Of a stretch of DNA of 64,000 nucleotides, positions 11,915-24,890 are shown in pieces. Position numbers and translations under genes: made by a program. The stretch lies in the NCBI GenBank assembly GCA_950097015.1, contig CATNEN010000039.1, forward strand, positions 17,050,001 through 17,114,000. The letters run 5' to 3'. Positions within the stretch are counted from its first letter, which is position 1, and the number at the start of each line of letters is the position of its first letter. The notes below the pieces were generated by a model. The model made no database searches. It saw only the letters and a list, made by a program, of their open reading frames with translations, and was not told where the DNA came from. Origin of the DNA: Macrostomum hystrix (lineage: Eukaryota > Animalia > Platyhelminthes).

Positions 11915-12270
11915 TGGACTCTCATATGCAAAACCTATCAGGTTTTGTGAGTATAATGGGACAACAATAATTTAGTGTCCATAGCTTGCCTACCTTGAGT
12001 CCATATGCAAGCTATCCTCTCTGACTCTTTCTCTCTACCTTTCGTCATCTTTGTCAAGTAGTTGCTATGCAAAGCTTGGCAGGCTGGGGAAGTTCAGTTG
12101 TGAGCAGGAAGCGCTTGAGTACAATGCGCGTGTGTGAGTATGTCAGTGTGTTTTTTATATAAACCTGCATGCTGGAATGAAGGATTGGGACACGAGTGTT
12201 GGCTGTTGAGTTGGCTATTGTGTCGTGCAGTTGTAGTACATTGGGTCATAAATACTCATCTTGGTACCCG
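11863..12270 (-). mobile_element. Probable 3' end of a CR1/L2-like LINE with (TAA)n tail
   Basis: (TAT)n at 11863-11912 is preceded on the minus strand by a stem-loop CAAAACCT-ATC-AGGTTTTG (11929-11947) and a short frame containing LKRFLL. Left end clear, right end approximate. Confidence 0.45.
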
Positions 12271-12318
12271 GGACCTCTCCCGTTCGGTTTGTTTATTTAT
12301 TAAGTTACTGAGCCAGGG

Positions 12319-12464
12319 TCCTGAGCTCGATTCCGCGGCGAGGCCCCACATTCATGTGTTTCCTAGACTTCAAGTCACAGTGACAGTGTACACTGCCTGA
12401 CGATGAGAAAGTCGAGGGCAGGTGAACACACCTGTGTGAGTGTGTGCTCAGGAGTCAGCGAAAT
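12319..12464 (+). mobile_element. SINE family A, truncated and internally deleted copy
   Basis: CCTGAGCTCGATTCCGCGGCGAGGCC and GTGTACACTGCCTGA...CACACCTGTGTGAGTGTGTGCTCAGGAGTCAGCGAAAT match the 34621 copy. Confidence 0.82.
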
Positions 12465-13035
12465 ATCTACCCACCTATCTCCATACCAGCCGATTTGCTC
12501 ATTTTCTAGACTAAGCCTTAACTTCCTATGGCACTCAATAATAATACAGAAAAATAGTCACGTTTTAGTGCACTGAGCGCACCAATAGTTACCAGAGCAA
12601 GCCAGCTTTTTTTCAGTATCTCAAGCAAAGTTAAATTGAGAAAAAACTGCTCAATTCTCTCTATAGTCCGCGCGTATGGTCCGTGTTGAACGGAGCAAAA
12701 AATGGTCCAAGCCAGTACGTTACAGGTACTTGCCTACTACTCTCTATCTTGAATTTGAGAGGGAGAGGGAGAAAGAGAGAGAGGAAGGGTTAGCAGAGCA
12801 AACTGACTTCTCAGCTAGTGAGGAAAAAATAATTTCGCGGTGCTTGGGTGGGCAAAAAGTTAGGGCAGAATCACTAACGCTTTAGTTGGCCATTTTGGCA
12901 ATAAAATACGTGCCCTGGGCAGGCAGAGAGAAAGATATAGAGAGATAGTGAGATTAGAAAAGATAGAAAAGAAGAGAAAAACACGGAAGGAAGGAGAAGT
13001 AGGGCGTGGAGAGAAGGGACATAAAGAAAAAGAGA

Positions 13036-16000
13036 AAGAATGAGACAAAGAAGGGGAGACAGAGGGGGAGAGAAGGAGAGAGAGAAGGGGATAGAAGGAG
13101 ATAGAGAAGGGCAGAGAAGGAGAGAGAGAAGGGGAGAGAAGGAGAGAGAGAAAGGGATAGAAGGAGATAGAGAAGGGGAGAGAAGGAGAGAGAGAGAAGG
13201 GGAGAGCAGGAGAGAGAGAAGGGGAGAGAAGGAGAGAGAGAAGGGGAGAGCAGGAGAGAGAGAGAAGGGGAGAGCAGGAGAGAGAGAGAAGGGAGAGAAG
13301 GAGAGAGAGAAGGGGAGAGAAGTAGATAGAGAGAAGGGGAGAGCAGGAGAGAGAGAAGGGGAGAGCAGGAGAGGGAGAGAAGGGGAGAGGAGGGGAGAGA
13401 GAAGGGGAGAGAAGTAGATAGAGAGAAGGGGAGAGAAGTAGATAGAGAGAAGGGGAGAGCAGGAGAGAGAGAAGGGGAGAGCAGGAGAGGGAGAGAAGGG
13501 GAGAGCAGGAGAGAGAGAAGGGGAGAGAAGGAGAGAGAGAAGGGGAGAGCAGGAGAGAGAGAAGGGGAGAGAAGGAGAGAGAGAAGGGGAGAGCAGGAAA
13601 GAGAGAGAAGGGGAGAGCAGGAGAGAGAGAGAAGGGAGAGAAGGAGAGAGAGAAGGGGAGAGAAGTAGATAGAGAGAAGGGGAGAGCAGGAGAGAGAGAA
13701 GGGGAGAGCAGGAGAGGGAGAGAAGGGGAGAGGAGGAGAGAGAGAAGGGGAGAGAAGGAGAGAGAGAAGGGGAGAGCAGGAGAGAGAGAGAGAAGGGGAG
13801 AGCAGGAGAGAGAGAGAGAAGGGGAGAGCAGGAGAGAGAGAGAAGGGAGAGCAGGAGAGAGAGAAGGGGAGAGCAGGAGAGAGAGAGAAGGGAGAGCAGG
13901 AGAGAGAGAGAGAAGGGGAGAGCAGGAGAGAGAGAGAAGGGAGAGCAGGAGAGAGAGAAGGGGAGAGCAGGAGAGAGAGAGAAGGGAGAGCAGGAGAGAG
14001 AGAGAGAAGGGGAGAGCAGGAGAGAGAGAGAAGGGAGAGCAGGAGAGAGAGAAGGGGAGAGAAGGAGAGAGAGAGAAGGAGAGAGAAGGAGAGAGAGAAG
14101 GGGAGAGAAGGAGAGAGAGAGAAGGGAGAGAAGGAGAGAGAGAAGGGGAGAGAAGTAGATAGAGAGAAGGGGAGAGCAGGAGAGAGAGAAGGGGAGAGCA
14201 GGAGAGGGAGAGAAGGGGAGAGCAGGAGAGAGAGAAGGGGAGAGAAGGAGAGAGAGAAGGGGAGAGCAGGAGAGAGAGAAGGGGAGAGAAGGAGAGAGAG
14301 AAGGGGAGAGCAGGAAAGAGAGAGAAGGGAGAGCAGGAGAGAGAGAGAAGGGAGAGAAGGAGAGAGAGAAGGGGAGAGAAGTAGATAGAGAGAAGGGGAG
14401 AGCAGGAGAGAGAGAAGGGGAGAGCAGGAGAGGGAGAGAAGGGGAGAGCAGGAGAGAGAGAAGGGGAGAGAAGGAGAGAGAGAAGGGGAGAGCAGGAGAG
14501 AGAGAGAGAAGGGGAGAGCAGGAGAGAGAGAGAGAAGGGGAGAGCAGGAGAGAGAGAAAAGGGAGAGCAGGAGAGAGAGAAGGGGAGAGCAGGAGAGAGA
14601 GAGAAGGGAGAGCAGGAGAGAGAGAGAGAAGGGGAGAGCAGGAGAGAGAGAAGGGGAGAGCAGGAGAGGGAGAGAAGGGGAGAGCAGGAGAGAGAGAAGG
14701 GGAGAGAAGGAGAGAGAGAAGGGGAGAGCAGGAGAGAGAGAAGGGAGAGCAGGAGAGAGAGAGAAGGGAGAGAAGGAGAGAGAGAAGGGGAGAGAAGTAG
14801 ATAGAGAGAAGGGGAGAGCAGGAGAGAGAGAAGGGGAGAGCAGGAGAGGGAGAGAAGGGGAGAGCAGGAGAGAGAGAAGGGGAGAGAAGGAGAGAGAGAA
14901 GGGGAGAGCAGGAGAGAGAGAGAGAAGGGGAGAGCAGGAGAGAGAGAGAGAAGGGGAGAGCAGGAGAGAGAGAGAGAAGGGGAGAGCAGGAGAGAGAGAG
15001 AGAAGGGGAGAGCAGGAGAGAGAGAAAAGGGAGAGCAGGAGAGAGAGAAGGGGAGAGCAGGAGAGAGAGAGAGAAGGGGAGAGCAGGAGAGAGAGAGAGA
15101 AGGGGAGAGCAGGAGAGAGAGAAAAGGGAGAGCAGGAGAGAGAGAAGGGGAGAGCAGGAGAGAGAGAGAAGGGAGAGCAGGAGAGAGAGAGAGAAGGGGA
15201 GAGCAGGAGAGAGAGAAGGGGAGAGCAGGAGAGGGAGAGAAGGGGAGAGCAGGAGAGAGAGAAGGGGAGAGAAGGAGAGAGAGAAGGGGAGAGCAGGAGA
15301 GAGAGAAGGGGAGAGAAGGAGAGAGAGAAGGGGAGAGCAGGAAAGAGAGAGAAGGGGAGAGCAGGAGAGAGAGAGAAGGGAGAGAAGGAGAGAGAGAAGG
15401 GGAGAGAAGTAGATAGAGAGAAGGGGAGAGCAGGAGAGAGAGAAGGGGAGAGCAGGAGAGGGAGAGAAGGGGAGAGGAGGAGAGAGAGAAGGGGAGAGAA
15501 GGAGAGAGAGAAGGGGAGAGCAGGAGAGAGAGAGAGAAGGGGAGAGCAGGAGAGAGAGAGAGAAGGGGAGAGCAGGAGAGAGAGAGAAGGGAGAGCAGGA
15601 GAGAGAGAAGGGGAGAGCAGGAGAGAGAGAGAAGGGAGAGCAGGAGAGAGAGAGAGAAGGGGAGAGCAGGAGAGAGAGAGAAGGGAGAGCAGGAGAGAGA
15701 GAAGGGGAGAGAAGGAGAGAGAGAGAAGGAGAGAGAAGGAGAGAGAGAAGGGGAGAGAAGGAGAGAGAGAGAAGGGAGAGAAGGAGAGAGAGAAGGGGAG
15801 AGAAGTAGATAGAGAGAAGGGGAGAGCAGGAGAGAGAGAAGGGGAGAGCAGGAGAGGGAGAGAAGGGGAGAGCAGGAGAGAGAGAAGGGGAGAGAAGGAG
15901 AGAGAGAAGGGGAGAGCAGGAGAGAGAGAAGGGGAGAGAAGGAGAGAGAGAAGGGGAGAGCAGGAAAGAGAGAGAAGGGAGAGCAGGAGAGAGAGAGAAG

Positions 16001-16737
16001 GGAGAGAAGGAGAGAGAGAAGGGGAGAGAAGTAGATAGAGAGAAGGGGAGAGCAGGAGAGAGAGAAGGGGAGAGCAGGAGAGGGAGAGAAGGGGAGAGCA
16101 GGAGAGAGAGAAGGGGAGAGAAGGAGAGAGAGAAGGGGAGAGCAGGAGAGAGAGAGAGAAGGGGAGAGCAGGAGAGAGAGAGAGAAGGGGAGAGCAGGAG
16201 AGAGAGAAAAGGGAGAGCAGGAGAGAGAGAAGGGGAGAGCAGGAGAGAGAGAGAAGGGAGAGCAGGAGAGAGAGAGAGAAGGGGAGAGCAGGAGAGAGAG
16301 AGAAGGGAGAGCAGGAGAGAGAGAAGGGGAGAGAAGGAGAGAGAGAGAAGGAGAGAGAAGGAGAGAGAGAAGGGGAGAGAAGGAGAGAGAGAGAAGGGAG
16401 AGAAGGAGAGAGAGAAGGGGAGAGAAGTAGATAGAGAGAAGGGGAGAGCAGGAGAGAGAGAAGGGGAGAGCAGGAGAGGGAGAGAGAAGGGGAGAGCAGG
16501 AGAGAGAGAGAAGGGGAGAGCAGGAGAGAGAGAGAAGGGAGAGCAGGAGAGAGAGAAGGGGAGAGAAGGAGAGAGAGAGAAGGAGAGAGAAGGAGAGAGA
16601 AGGAGAGAAAGAAGAGAAAGAAGGAGAGAGAAGGAGAGAGAGAAGGAGAGAGAAGGAGAGAGAAGGAGAGAGAGAAGGAGAGAGAAAGAGAGAGAAGGAG
16701 AGAGAAGGAGAGAGGGAGAGAGGGGGAGAGAGAGAAG
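13036..16737. repeat. Polypurine satellite (AAGGGGAGAGCAGGAGAGAGAG-type, ~20-26 bp) with higher-order structure, copy 1
   Basis: Almost only A/G; recurring AGTAGAT, AGGAAAG and GAGGGAG variants. Confidence 0.97.
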
Positions 16738-17256
16738 AGCACCTCCAATCCCAGGCACTGACGCGGTAAAGAGTTAAAGCTGACTTTAATTTTAATTTTG
16801 CCGATATTTCGAATTAAAAATTCTTCTTCAGGGCAGAAAGAAGCGAGTTTATTTTGGCGTGATAGGCTGTGTATATATAAAGTTTTAAATGCCGATAAAA
16901 ATCTATAGAAAGAGAGAGAGAGCTCAATTGTGTAAAACCCTAGCAAGTACATTGTGATGGGTCAAAAACTCAAAGAAAAGCGGAGTTGGTGTTTAAAACT
17001 GTACAGGTGGGCGGTCGGAATGACCTTAAAGCGAAATAGGCGAGCGAGAATAAAATACAAAAGGTGAGCAAAGTACACCTTGTACACAGGAAGGAGTCAC
17101 ACTAAAATTAAAGGAAAACGTGCACGGGCACCGAATACGGCGTCAAACTAATAAAGTTAAATACACGAAAAAAACACATAAAAGAACGACAGATTGGTAC
17201 TGTGCAAGGATGGACTCAGTCTATAGGTTCTAGCCGACTGTGGCAGAGCAGCTGCC

Positions 17257-17935
17257 ACAGAGAGAAGAAGAGAGAAGGAGAGAGAAGGGGAGAGAAGGAG
17301 AGAGAGAAGGGGAGAGAAGGAGAGAGAAGAAGAGAGAAGGAGAGAGAAGGAGAGAGAGAAGGGGAGAGAAGGAGAGAGAAGGGGAGAGAAGGGGAGAGAA
17401 GGAGAGAGAAGGGGAGAGAAGGGGAGAGAAGGAGAGAGAAGAAGAGAGAAGGAGAGAGAGAAGGGGAGAGAAGGAGAGAGAAGGGGAGAGAAGGGGAGAG
17501 AAGGAGAGAGAAGGGGAGAGAAGGAGAGAGAAGGGGAGAGAAGGGGAGAGAAGGAGAGAGAAGGGGAGAGAAGGAGAGAGAAGGGGAGAGAAGGGGAGAG
17601 AAGGAGAGAGAAGGGGAGAGAAGGGGAGAGAAGGAGAGAGAAGGGGAGAGAAGGAGAGAGAAGGGGAGAGAAGGGGAGAGAAGGAGAGAGAAGGGGAGAG
17701 AAGGAGAGAGAAGGGGAGAGAAGGGGAGAGAAGGAGAGAGAAGGGGAGAGAAGGGGAGAGAAGGGGAGAGAAGGGGAGAGAAGGAGAGAGAAGGAGAGAG
17801 AAGGAGAGAGAAAGGGAGAGAGGGGGAGAGAAGGAGAGAAAGAAGGGGAGAGAAGTAGAGAGAGAAGGGGAGAGATAGGGAGAGAATGAGAGAGAGAACG
17901 AGAGAGATAGAGCGAAAGAGAGACAGAGAATGAGA
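17257..17935. repeat. 10-bp polypurine repeat (AAGGRGAGAG)n, copy 1
   Basis: Tandem units read directly. Confidence 0.95.
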
Positions 17936-18171
17936 GCAAGCAAAGTTTTCTGGCAATGAGAAATAATTGATGAAGGAAAAAAATGCAGGCCAGATTCAAT
18001 AGAGATTTAGTTTGTTCACAAACTCGTGTTAGACTGAACAAGCCAGCCATTTCATTCCTCACTAACTAAGATATAGAGAGATAGTGAGATTAGAAAAGAT
18101 AGAAAAGAAGAGAAAAACACGGAAGGAAGGAGAAGTAGGGCGTGGAGAGAAGGGACATAAAGAAAAAGAGA

Positions 18172-21100
18172 AAGAATGAGACAAAGAAGGGGAGACAGAG
18201 GGGGAGAGAAGGAGAGAGAGAAGGGGATAGAAGGAGATAGAGAAGGGCAGAGAAGGAGAGAGAGAAGGGGAGAGAAGGAGAGAGAGAAAGGGATAGAAGG
18301 AGATAGAGAAGGGGAGAGAAGGAGAGAGAGAGAAGGGGAGAGCAGGAGAGAGAGAAGGGGAGAGAAGGAGAGAGAGAAGGGGAGAGCAGGAGAGAGAGAG
18401 AAGGGGAGAGCAGGAGAGAGAGAGAAGGGAGAGAAGGAGAGAGAGAAGGGGAGAGAAGTAGATAGAGAGAAGGGGAGAGCAGGAGAGAGAGAAGGGGAGA
18501 GCAGGAGAGGGAGAGAAGGGGAGAGGAGGGGAGAGAGAAGGGGAGAGAAGTAGATAGAGAGAAGGGGAGAGAAGTAGATAGAGAGAAGGGGAGAGCAGGA
18601 GAGAGAGAAGGGGAGAGCAGGAGAGGGAGAGAAGGGGAGAGCAGGAGAGAGAGAAGGGGAGAGAAGGAGAGAGAGAAGGGGAGAGCAGGAGAGAGAGAAG
18701 GGGAGAGAAGGAGAGAGAGAAGGGGAGAGCAGGAAAGAGAGAGAAGGGGAGAGCAGGAGAGAGAGAGAAGGGAGAGAAGGAGAGAGAGAAGGGGAGAGAA
18801 GTAGATAGAGAGAAGGGGAGAGCAGGAGAGAGAGAAGGGGAGAGCAGGAGAGGGAGAGAAGGGGAGAGGAGGAGAGAGAGAAGGGGAGAGAAGGAGAGAG
18901 AGAAGGGGAGAGCAGGAGAGAGAGAGAGAAGGGGAGAGCAGGAGAGAGAGAGAGAAGGGGAGAGCAGGAGAGAGAGAGAAGGGAGAGCAGGAGAGAGAGA
19001 AGGGGAGAGAAGGAGAGAGAGAGAAGGAGAGAGAAGGAGAGAGAGAAGGGGAGAGAAGGAGAGAGAGAGAAGGGAGAGAAGGAGAGAGAGAAGGGGAGAG
19101 AAGTAGATAGAGAGAAGGGGAGAGCAGGAGAGAGAGAAGGGGAGAGCAGGAGAGGGAGAGAAGGGGAGAGCAGGAGAGAGAGAAGGGGAGAGAAGGAGAG
19201 AGAGAGAAGGGGAGAGCAGGAGAGAGAGAAGGGGAGAGAAGGAGAGAGAGAAGGGGAGAGCAGGAAAGAGAGAGAAGGGAGAGCAGGAGAGAGAGAGAAG
19301 GGAGAGAAGGAGAGAGAGAAGGGGAGAGAAGTAGATAGAGAGAAGGGGAGAGCAGGAGAGAGAGAAGGGGAGAGCAGGAGAGGGAGAGAAGGGGAGAGCA
19401 GGAGAGAGAGAAGGGGAGAGAAGGAGAGAGAGAAGGGGAGAGCAGGAGAGAGAGAGAGAAGGGGAGAGCAGGAGAGAGAGAGAGAAGGGGAGAGCAGGAG
19501 AGAGAGAAAAGGGAGAGCAGGAGAGAGAGAAGGGGAGAGCAGGAGAGAGAGAGAAGGGAGAGCAGGAGAGGGAGAGAAGGGGAGAGCAGGAGAGAGAGAA
19601 GGGGAGAGAAGGAGAGAGAGAAGGGGAGAGCAGGAGAGAGAGAGAGAAGGGGAGAGCAGGAGAGAGAGAGAGAAGGGGAGAGCAGGAGAGAGAGAAAAGG
19701 GAGAGCAGGAGAGAGAGAAGGGGAGAGCAGGAGAGAGAGAGAAGGGAGAGCAGGAGAGAGAGAGAGAAGGGGAGAGCAGGAGAGAGAGAAGGGGAGAGCA
19801 GGAGAGGGAGAGAAGGGGAGAGCAGGAGAGAGAGAAGGGGAGAGAAGGAGAGAGAGAAGGGGAGAGCAGGAGAGAGAGAAGGGGAGAGAAGGAGAGAGAG
19901 AAGGGGAGAGCAGGAAAGAGAGAGAAGGGGAGAGCAGGAGAGAGAGAGAAGGGAGAGAAGGAGAGAGAGAAGGGGAGAGAAGTAGATAGAGAGAAGGGGA
20001 GAGCAGGAGAGAGAGAAGGGGAGAGCAGGAGAGGGAGAGAAGGGGAGAGGAGGAGAGAGAGAAGGGGAGAGAAGGAGAGAGAGAAGGGGAGAGCAGGAGA
20101 GAGAGAGAGAAGGGGAGAGCAGGAGAGAGAGAGAGAAGGGGAGAGCAGGAGAGAGAGAGAAGGGAGAGCAGGAGAGAGAGAAGGGGAGAGCAGGAGAGAG
20201 AGAGAAGGGAGAGCAGGAGAGAGAGAGAGAAGGGGAGAGCAGGAGAGAGAGAGAAGGGAGAGCAGGAGAGAGAGAAGGGGAGAGAAGGAGAGAGAGAGAA
20301 GGAGAGAGAAGGAGAGAGAGAAGGGGAGAGAAGGAGAGAGAGAGAAGGGAGAGAAGGAGAGAGAGAAGGGGAGAGAAGTAGATAGAGAGAAGGGGAGAGC
20401 AGGAGAGAGAGAAGGGGAGAGCAGGAGAGGGAGAGAAGGGGAGAGCAGGAGAGAGAGAAGGGGAGAGAAGGTGAGAGAGAAGGGGAGAGCAGGAGAGAGA
20501 GAAGGGGAGAGAAGGAGAGAGAGAAGGGGAGAGCAGGAAAGAGAGAGAAGGGAGAGCAGGAGAGAGAGAGAAGGGAGAGAAGGAGAGAGAGAAGGGGAGA
20601 GAAGTAGATAGAGAGAAGGGGAGAGCAGGAGAGAGAGAAGGGGAGAGCAGGAGAGGGAGAGAAGGGGAGAGCAGGAGAGAGAGAAGGGGAGAGAAGGAGA
20701 GAGAGAAGGGGAGAGCAGGAGAGAGAGAGAGAAGGGGAGAGCAGGAGAGAGAGAGAGAAGGGGAGAGCAGGAGAGAGAGAGAGAAGGGGAGAGCAGGAGA
20801 GAGAGAGAGAAGGGGAGAGCAGGAGAGAGAGAAAAGGGAGAGCAGGAGAGAGAGAAGGGGAGAGCAGGAGAGAGAGAGAGAAGGGGAGAGCAGGAGAGAG
20901 AGAGAGAAGGGGAGAGCAGGAGAGAGAGAAAAGGGAGAGCAGGAGAGAGAGAAGGGGAGAGCAGGAGAGAGAGAGAAGGGAGAGCAGGAGAGAGAGAGAG
21001 AAGGGGAGAGCAGGAGAGAGAGAAGGGGAGAGCAGGAGAGGGAGAGAAGGGGAGAGCAGGAGAGAGAGAAGGGGAGAGAAGGAGAGAGAGAAGGGGAGAG

Positions 21101-22544
21101 CAGGAGAGAGAGAAGGGGAGAGAAGGAGAGAGAGAAGGGGAGAGCAGGAAAGAGAGAGAAGGGGAGAGCAGGAGAGAGAGAGAAGGGAGAGAAGGAGAGA
21201 GAGAAGGGGAGAGAAGTAGATAGAGAGAAGGGGAGAGCAGGAGAGAGAGAAGGGGAGAGCAGGAGAGGGAGAGAAGGGGAGAGGAGGAGAGAGAGAAGGG
21301 GAGAGAAGGAGAGAGAGAAGGGGAGAGCAGGAGAGAGAGAGAGAAGGGGAGAGCAGGAGAGAGAGAGAGAAGGGGAGAGCAGGAGAGAGAGAGAAGGGAG
21401 AGCAGGAGAGAGAGAAGGGGAGAGCAGGAGAGAGAGAGAAGGGAGAGCAGGAGAGAGAGAGAGAAGGGGAGAGCAGGAGAGAGAGAGAAGGGAGAGCAGG
21501 AGAGAGAGAAGGGGAGAGAAGGAGAGAGAGAGAAGGAGAGAGAAGGAGAGAGAGAAGGGGAGAGAAGGAGAGAGAGAGAAGGGAGAGAAGGAGAGAGAGA
21601 AGGGGAGAGAAGTAGATAGAGAGAAGGGGAGAGCAGGAGAGAGAGAAGGGGAGAGCAGGAGAGGGAGAGAAGGGGAGAGCAGGAGAGAGAGAAGGGGAGA
21701 GAAGGAGAGAGAGAAGGGGAGAGCAGGAGAGAGAGAAGGGGAGAGAAGGAGAGAGAGAAGGGGAGAGCAGGAAAGAGAGAGAAGGGAGAGCAGGAGAGAG
21801 AGAGAAGGGAGAGAAGGAGAGAGAGAAGGGGAGAGAAGTAGATAGAGAGAAGGGGAGAGCAGGAGAGAGAGAAGGGGAGAGCAGGAGAGGGAGAGAAGGG
21901 GAGAGCAGGAGAGAGAGAAGGGGAGAGAAGGAGAGAGAGAAGGGGAGAGCAGGAGAGAGAGAGAGAAGGGGAGAGCAGGAGAGAGAGAGAGAAGGGGAGA
22001 GCAGGAGAGAGAGAAAAGGGAGAGCAGGAGAGAGAGAAGGGGAGAGCAGGAGAGAGAGAGAAGGGAGAGCAGGAGAGAGAGAGAGAAGGGGAGAGCAGGA
22101 GAGAGAGAGAAGGGAGAGCAGGAGAGAGAGAAGGGGAGAGAAGGAGAGAGAGAGAAGGAGAGAGAAGGAGAGAGAGAAGGGGAGAGAAGGAGAGAGAGAG
22201 AAGGGAGAGAAGGAGAGAGAGAAGGGGAGAGAAGTAGATAGAGAGAAGGGGAGAGCAGGAGAGAGAGAAGGGGAGAGCAGGAGAGGGAGAGAGAAGGGGA
22301 GAGCAGGAGAGAGAGAGAAGGGGAGAGCAGGAGAGAGAGAGAAGGGAGAGCAGGAGAGAGAGAAGGGGAGAGAAGGAGAGAGAGAGAAGGAGAGAGAAGG
22401 AGAGAGAAGGAGAGAAAGAAGAGAAAGAAGGAGAGAGAAGGAGAGAGAGAAGGAGAGAGAAGGAGAGAGAAGGAGAGAGAGAAGGAGAGAGAAAGAGAGA
22501 GAAGGAGAGAGAAGGAGAGAGGGAGAGAGGGGGAGAGAGAGAAG
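18172..22544. repeat. Polypurine satellite, copy 2 (671 bp longer than copy 1)
   Basis: Same units as 13036-16737. Confidence 0.97.
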
Positions 22545-23063
22545 AGCACCTCCAATCCCAGGCACTGACGCGGTAAAGAGTTAAAGCTGACTTTAATTTT
22601 AATTTTGCCGATATTTCGAATTAAAAATTCTTCTTCAGGGCAGAAAGAAGCGAGTTTATTTTGGCGTGATAGGCTGTGTATATATAAAGTTTTAAATGCC
22701 GATAAAAATCTATAGAAAGAGAGAGAGAGCTCAATTGTGTAAAACCCTAGCAAGTACATTGTGATGGGTCAAAAACTCAAAGAAAAGCGGAGTTGGTGTT
22801 TAAAACTGTACAGGTGGGCGGTCGGAATGACCTTAAAGCGAAATAGGCGAGCGAGAATAAAATACAAAAGGTGAGCAAAGTACACCTTGTACACAGGAAG
22901 GAGTCACACTAAAATTAAAGGAAAACGTGCACGGGCACCGAATACGGCGTCAAACTAATAAAGTTAAATACACGAAAAAAACACATAAAAGAACGACAGA
23001 TTGGTACTGTGCAAGGATGGACTCAGTCTATAGGTTCTAGCCGACTGTGGCAGAGCAGCTGCC

Positions 23064-23742
23064 ACAGAGAGAAGAAGAGAGAAGGAGAGAGAAGGGGAGA
23101 GAAGGAGAGAGAGAAGGGGAGAGAAGGAGAGAGAAGAAGAGAGAAGGAGAGAGAAGGAGAGAGAGAAGGGGAGAGAAGGAGAGAGAAGGGGAGAGAAGGG
23201 GAGAGAAGGAGAGAGAAGGGGAGAGAAGGGGAGAGAAGGAGAGAGAAGAAGAGAGAAGGAGAGAGAGAAGGGGAGAGAAGGAGAGAGAAGGGGAGAGAAG
23301 GGGAGAGAAGGAGAGAGAAGGGGAGAGAAGGAGAGAGAAGGGGAGAGAAGGGGAGAGAAGGAGAGAGAAGGGGAGAGAAGGAGAGAGAAGGGGAGAGAAG
23401 GGGAGAGAAGGAGAGAGAAGGGGAGAGAAGGGGAGAGAAGGAGAGAGAAGGGGAGAGAAGGAGAGAGAAGGGGAGAGAAGGGGAGAGAAGGAGAGAGAAG
23501 GGGAGAGAAGGAGAGAGAAGGGGAGAGAAGGGGAGAGAAGGAGAGAGAAGGGGAGAGAAGGGGAGAGAAGGGGAGAGAAGGGGAGAGAAGGAGAGAGAAG
23601 GAGAGAGAAGGAGAGAGAAAGGGAGAGAGGGGGAGAGAAGGAGAGAAAGAAGGGGAGAGAAGTAGAGAGAGAAGGGGAGAGATAGGGAGAGAATGAGAGA
23701 GAGAACGAGAGAGATAGAGCGAAAGAGAGACAGAGAATGAGA
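23064..23742. repeat. 10-bp polypurine repeat (AAGGRGAGAG)n, copy 2
   Basis: Duplicate of 17257-17935. Confidence 0.95.
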
Positions 23743-24135
23743 GCAAGCAAAGTTTTCTGGCAATGAGAAATAATTGATGAAGGAAAAAAATGCAGGCCAG
23801 ATTCAATAGAGATTTAGTTTGTTCACAAACTCGTGTTAGACTGAACAAGCCAGCCATTTCATTCCTCACTAACTAATTAGCACTTTTAATGAGGTGGAAT
23901 TCAACTCAATCATTTTATCGCCAAATCTCTATTCTCTCTACGGGAAAAAGACGTCAGATTCTTTTGAAAAAAAAGTCCCTTTTTAGGTTGCCCATTTCTC
24001 TGGTTTCGCCCCATTAGGCAGTCTAGAACTTTAGGGTCTTCATTTCTGCCACATTCAACTCTGCTGAAGAAGCATGTACTTCTATATAAATTGTAGCCTT
24101 GAACTAAAATTTTTACTTATCATAATATTCTTAGG

Positions 24136-24890
24136 CTTCCTTATCCTTAGATTTCTATTCCCCTAGATTCCTGATCCCTTAGATTCCTTATCCCCTAGAT
24201 TCCTTATCCCCTAGATTCCTTATTCCCTAGATTCCTTATCTACTAGATTCCTATTCCCCTAGATTCCTTGTCCCCTAGATTCCTTATCTCCTAGATTCCT
24301 ATTCCCCTAGATTCCTTATCCCCTAGATTCCTTATCCCCTAGATTCCTTATATCTTAGATTCCTATTCCCCTAGATTCCTTATCCCCTAGATTCCTTATC
24401 CCCTAGATTCCTTATATCCTAGATTCCTATTCCCCTAGATTCCTTGTCCCCTAGATTCCTTATCCCCTAGATTCCTTATCTACTAGATTCCTATTCCCCT
24501 AGATTCCTTATCCCCTAGATTCCTTATCCCATAGATTCCTTATCTCCTAGATTTCTATTCCCCTAGATTCCTGATCCCTTAGATTCCTTATCCCCTAGAT
24601 TCCTTATCCCCTAGATTCCTTATATCCTAGATTCCTATTCCCCTAGATTCCTTGTCCCCTAGATTCCTTATCCCCTAGATTCCTTATCTACTAGATTCCT
24701 ATTCCCCTAGATTCCTTATCCCCTAGATTCCTTATCCCCTAGATTCCTTATCCCCTAGATTCCTTATCCCCTAGATTCCTTATCTCCTAGATTCCTATTC
24801 CCCTAGATTCCTTATCCCCTAGATTCCTTATCTACTAGATCCCTATTCCCCTAGATCCCTATTCCCCTAGATTCTTAATCCCATGGATTC
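24136..24890. repeat. 16-bp minisatellite (TTCCTTATCCCCTAGA)n
   Basis: Tandem units read directly. Confidence 0.95.

Larger units (their letters stand above)
12932..23874. repeat. Head-to-tail segmental duplication: unit 1 12932-18067 (5136 bp), unit 2 18068-23874 (5807 bp)
   Basis: Unique segments (e.g. 16738-17256 vs 22545-23063) look identical. ORF offsets of 5136 and 5807 match the unit lengths. The length difference lies inside the GA array. Confidence 0.93.

Noticed and set aside
12874-23869. 1300-1560-aa Leu/Ser/Pro ORFs and Glu/Arg/Gly ORFs
   Set aside because: Homopurine/homopyrimidine satellites lack stop codons; open in several frames
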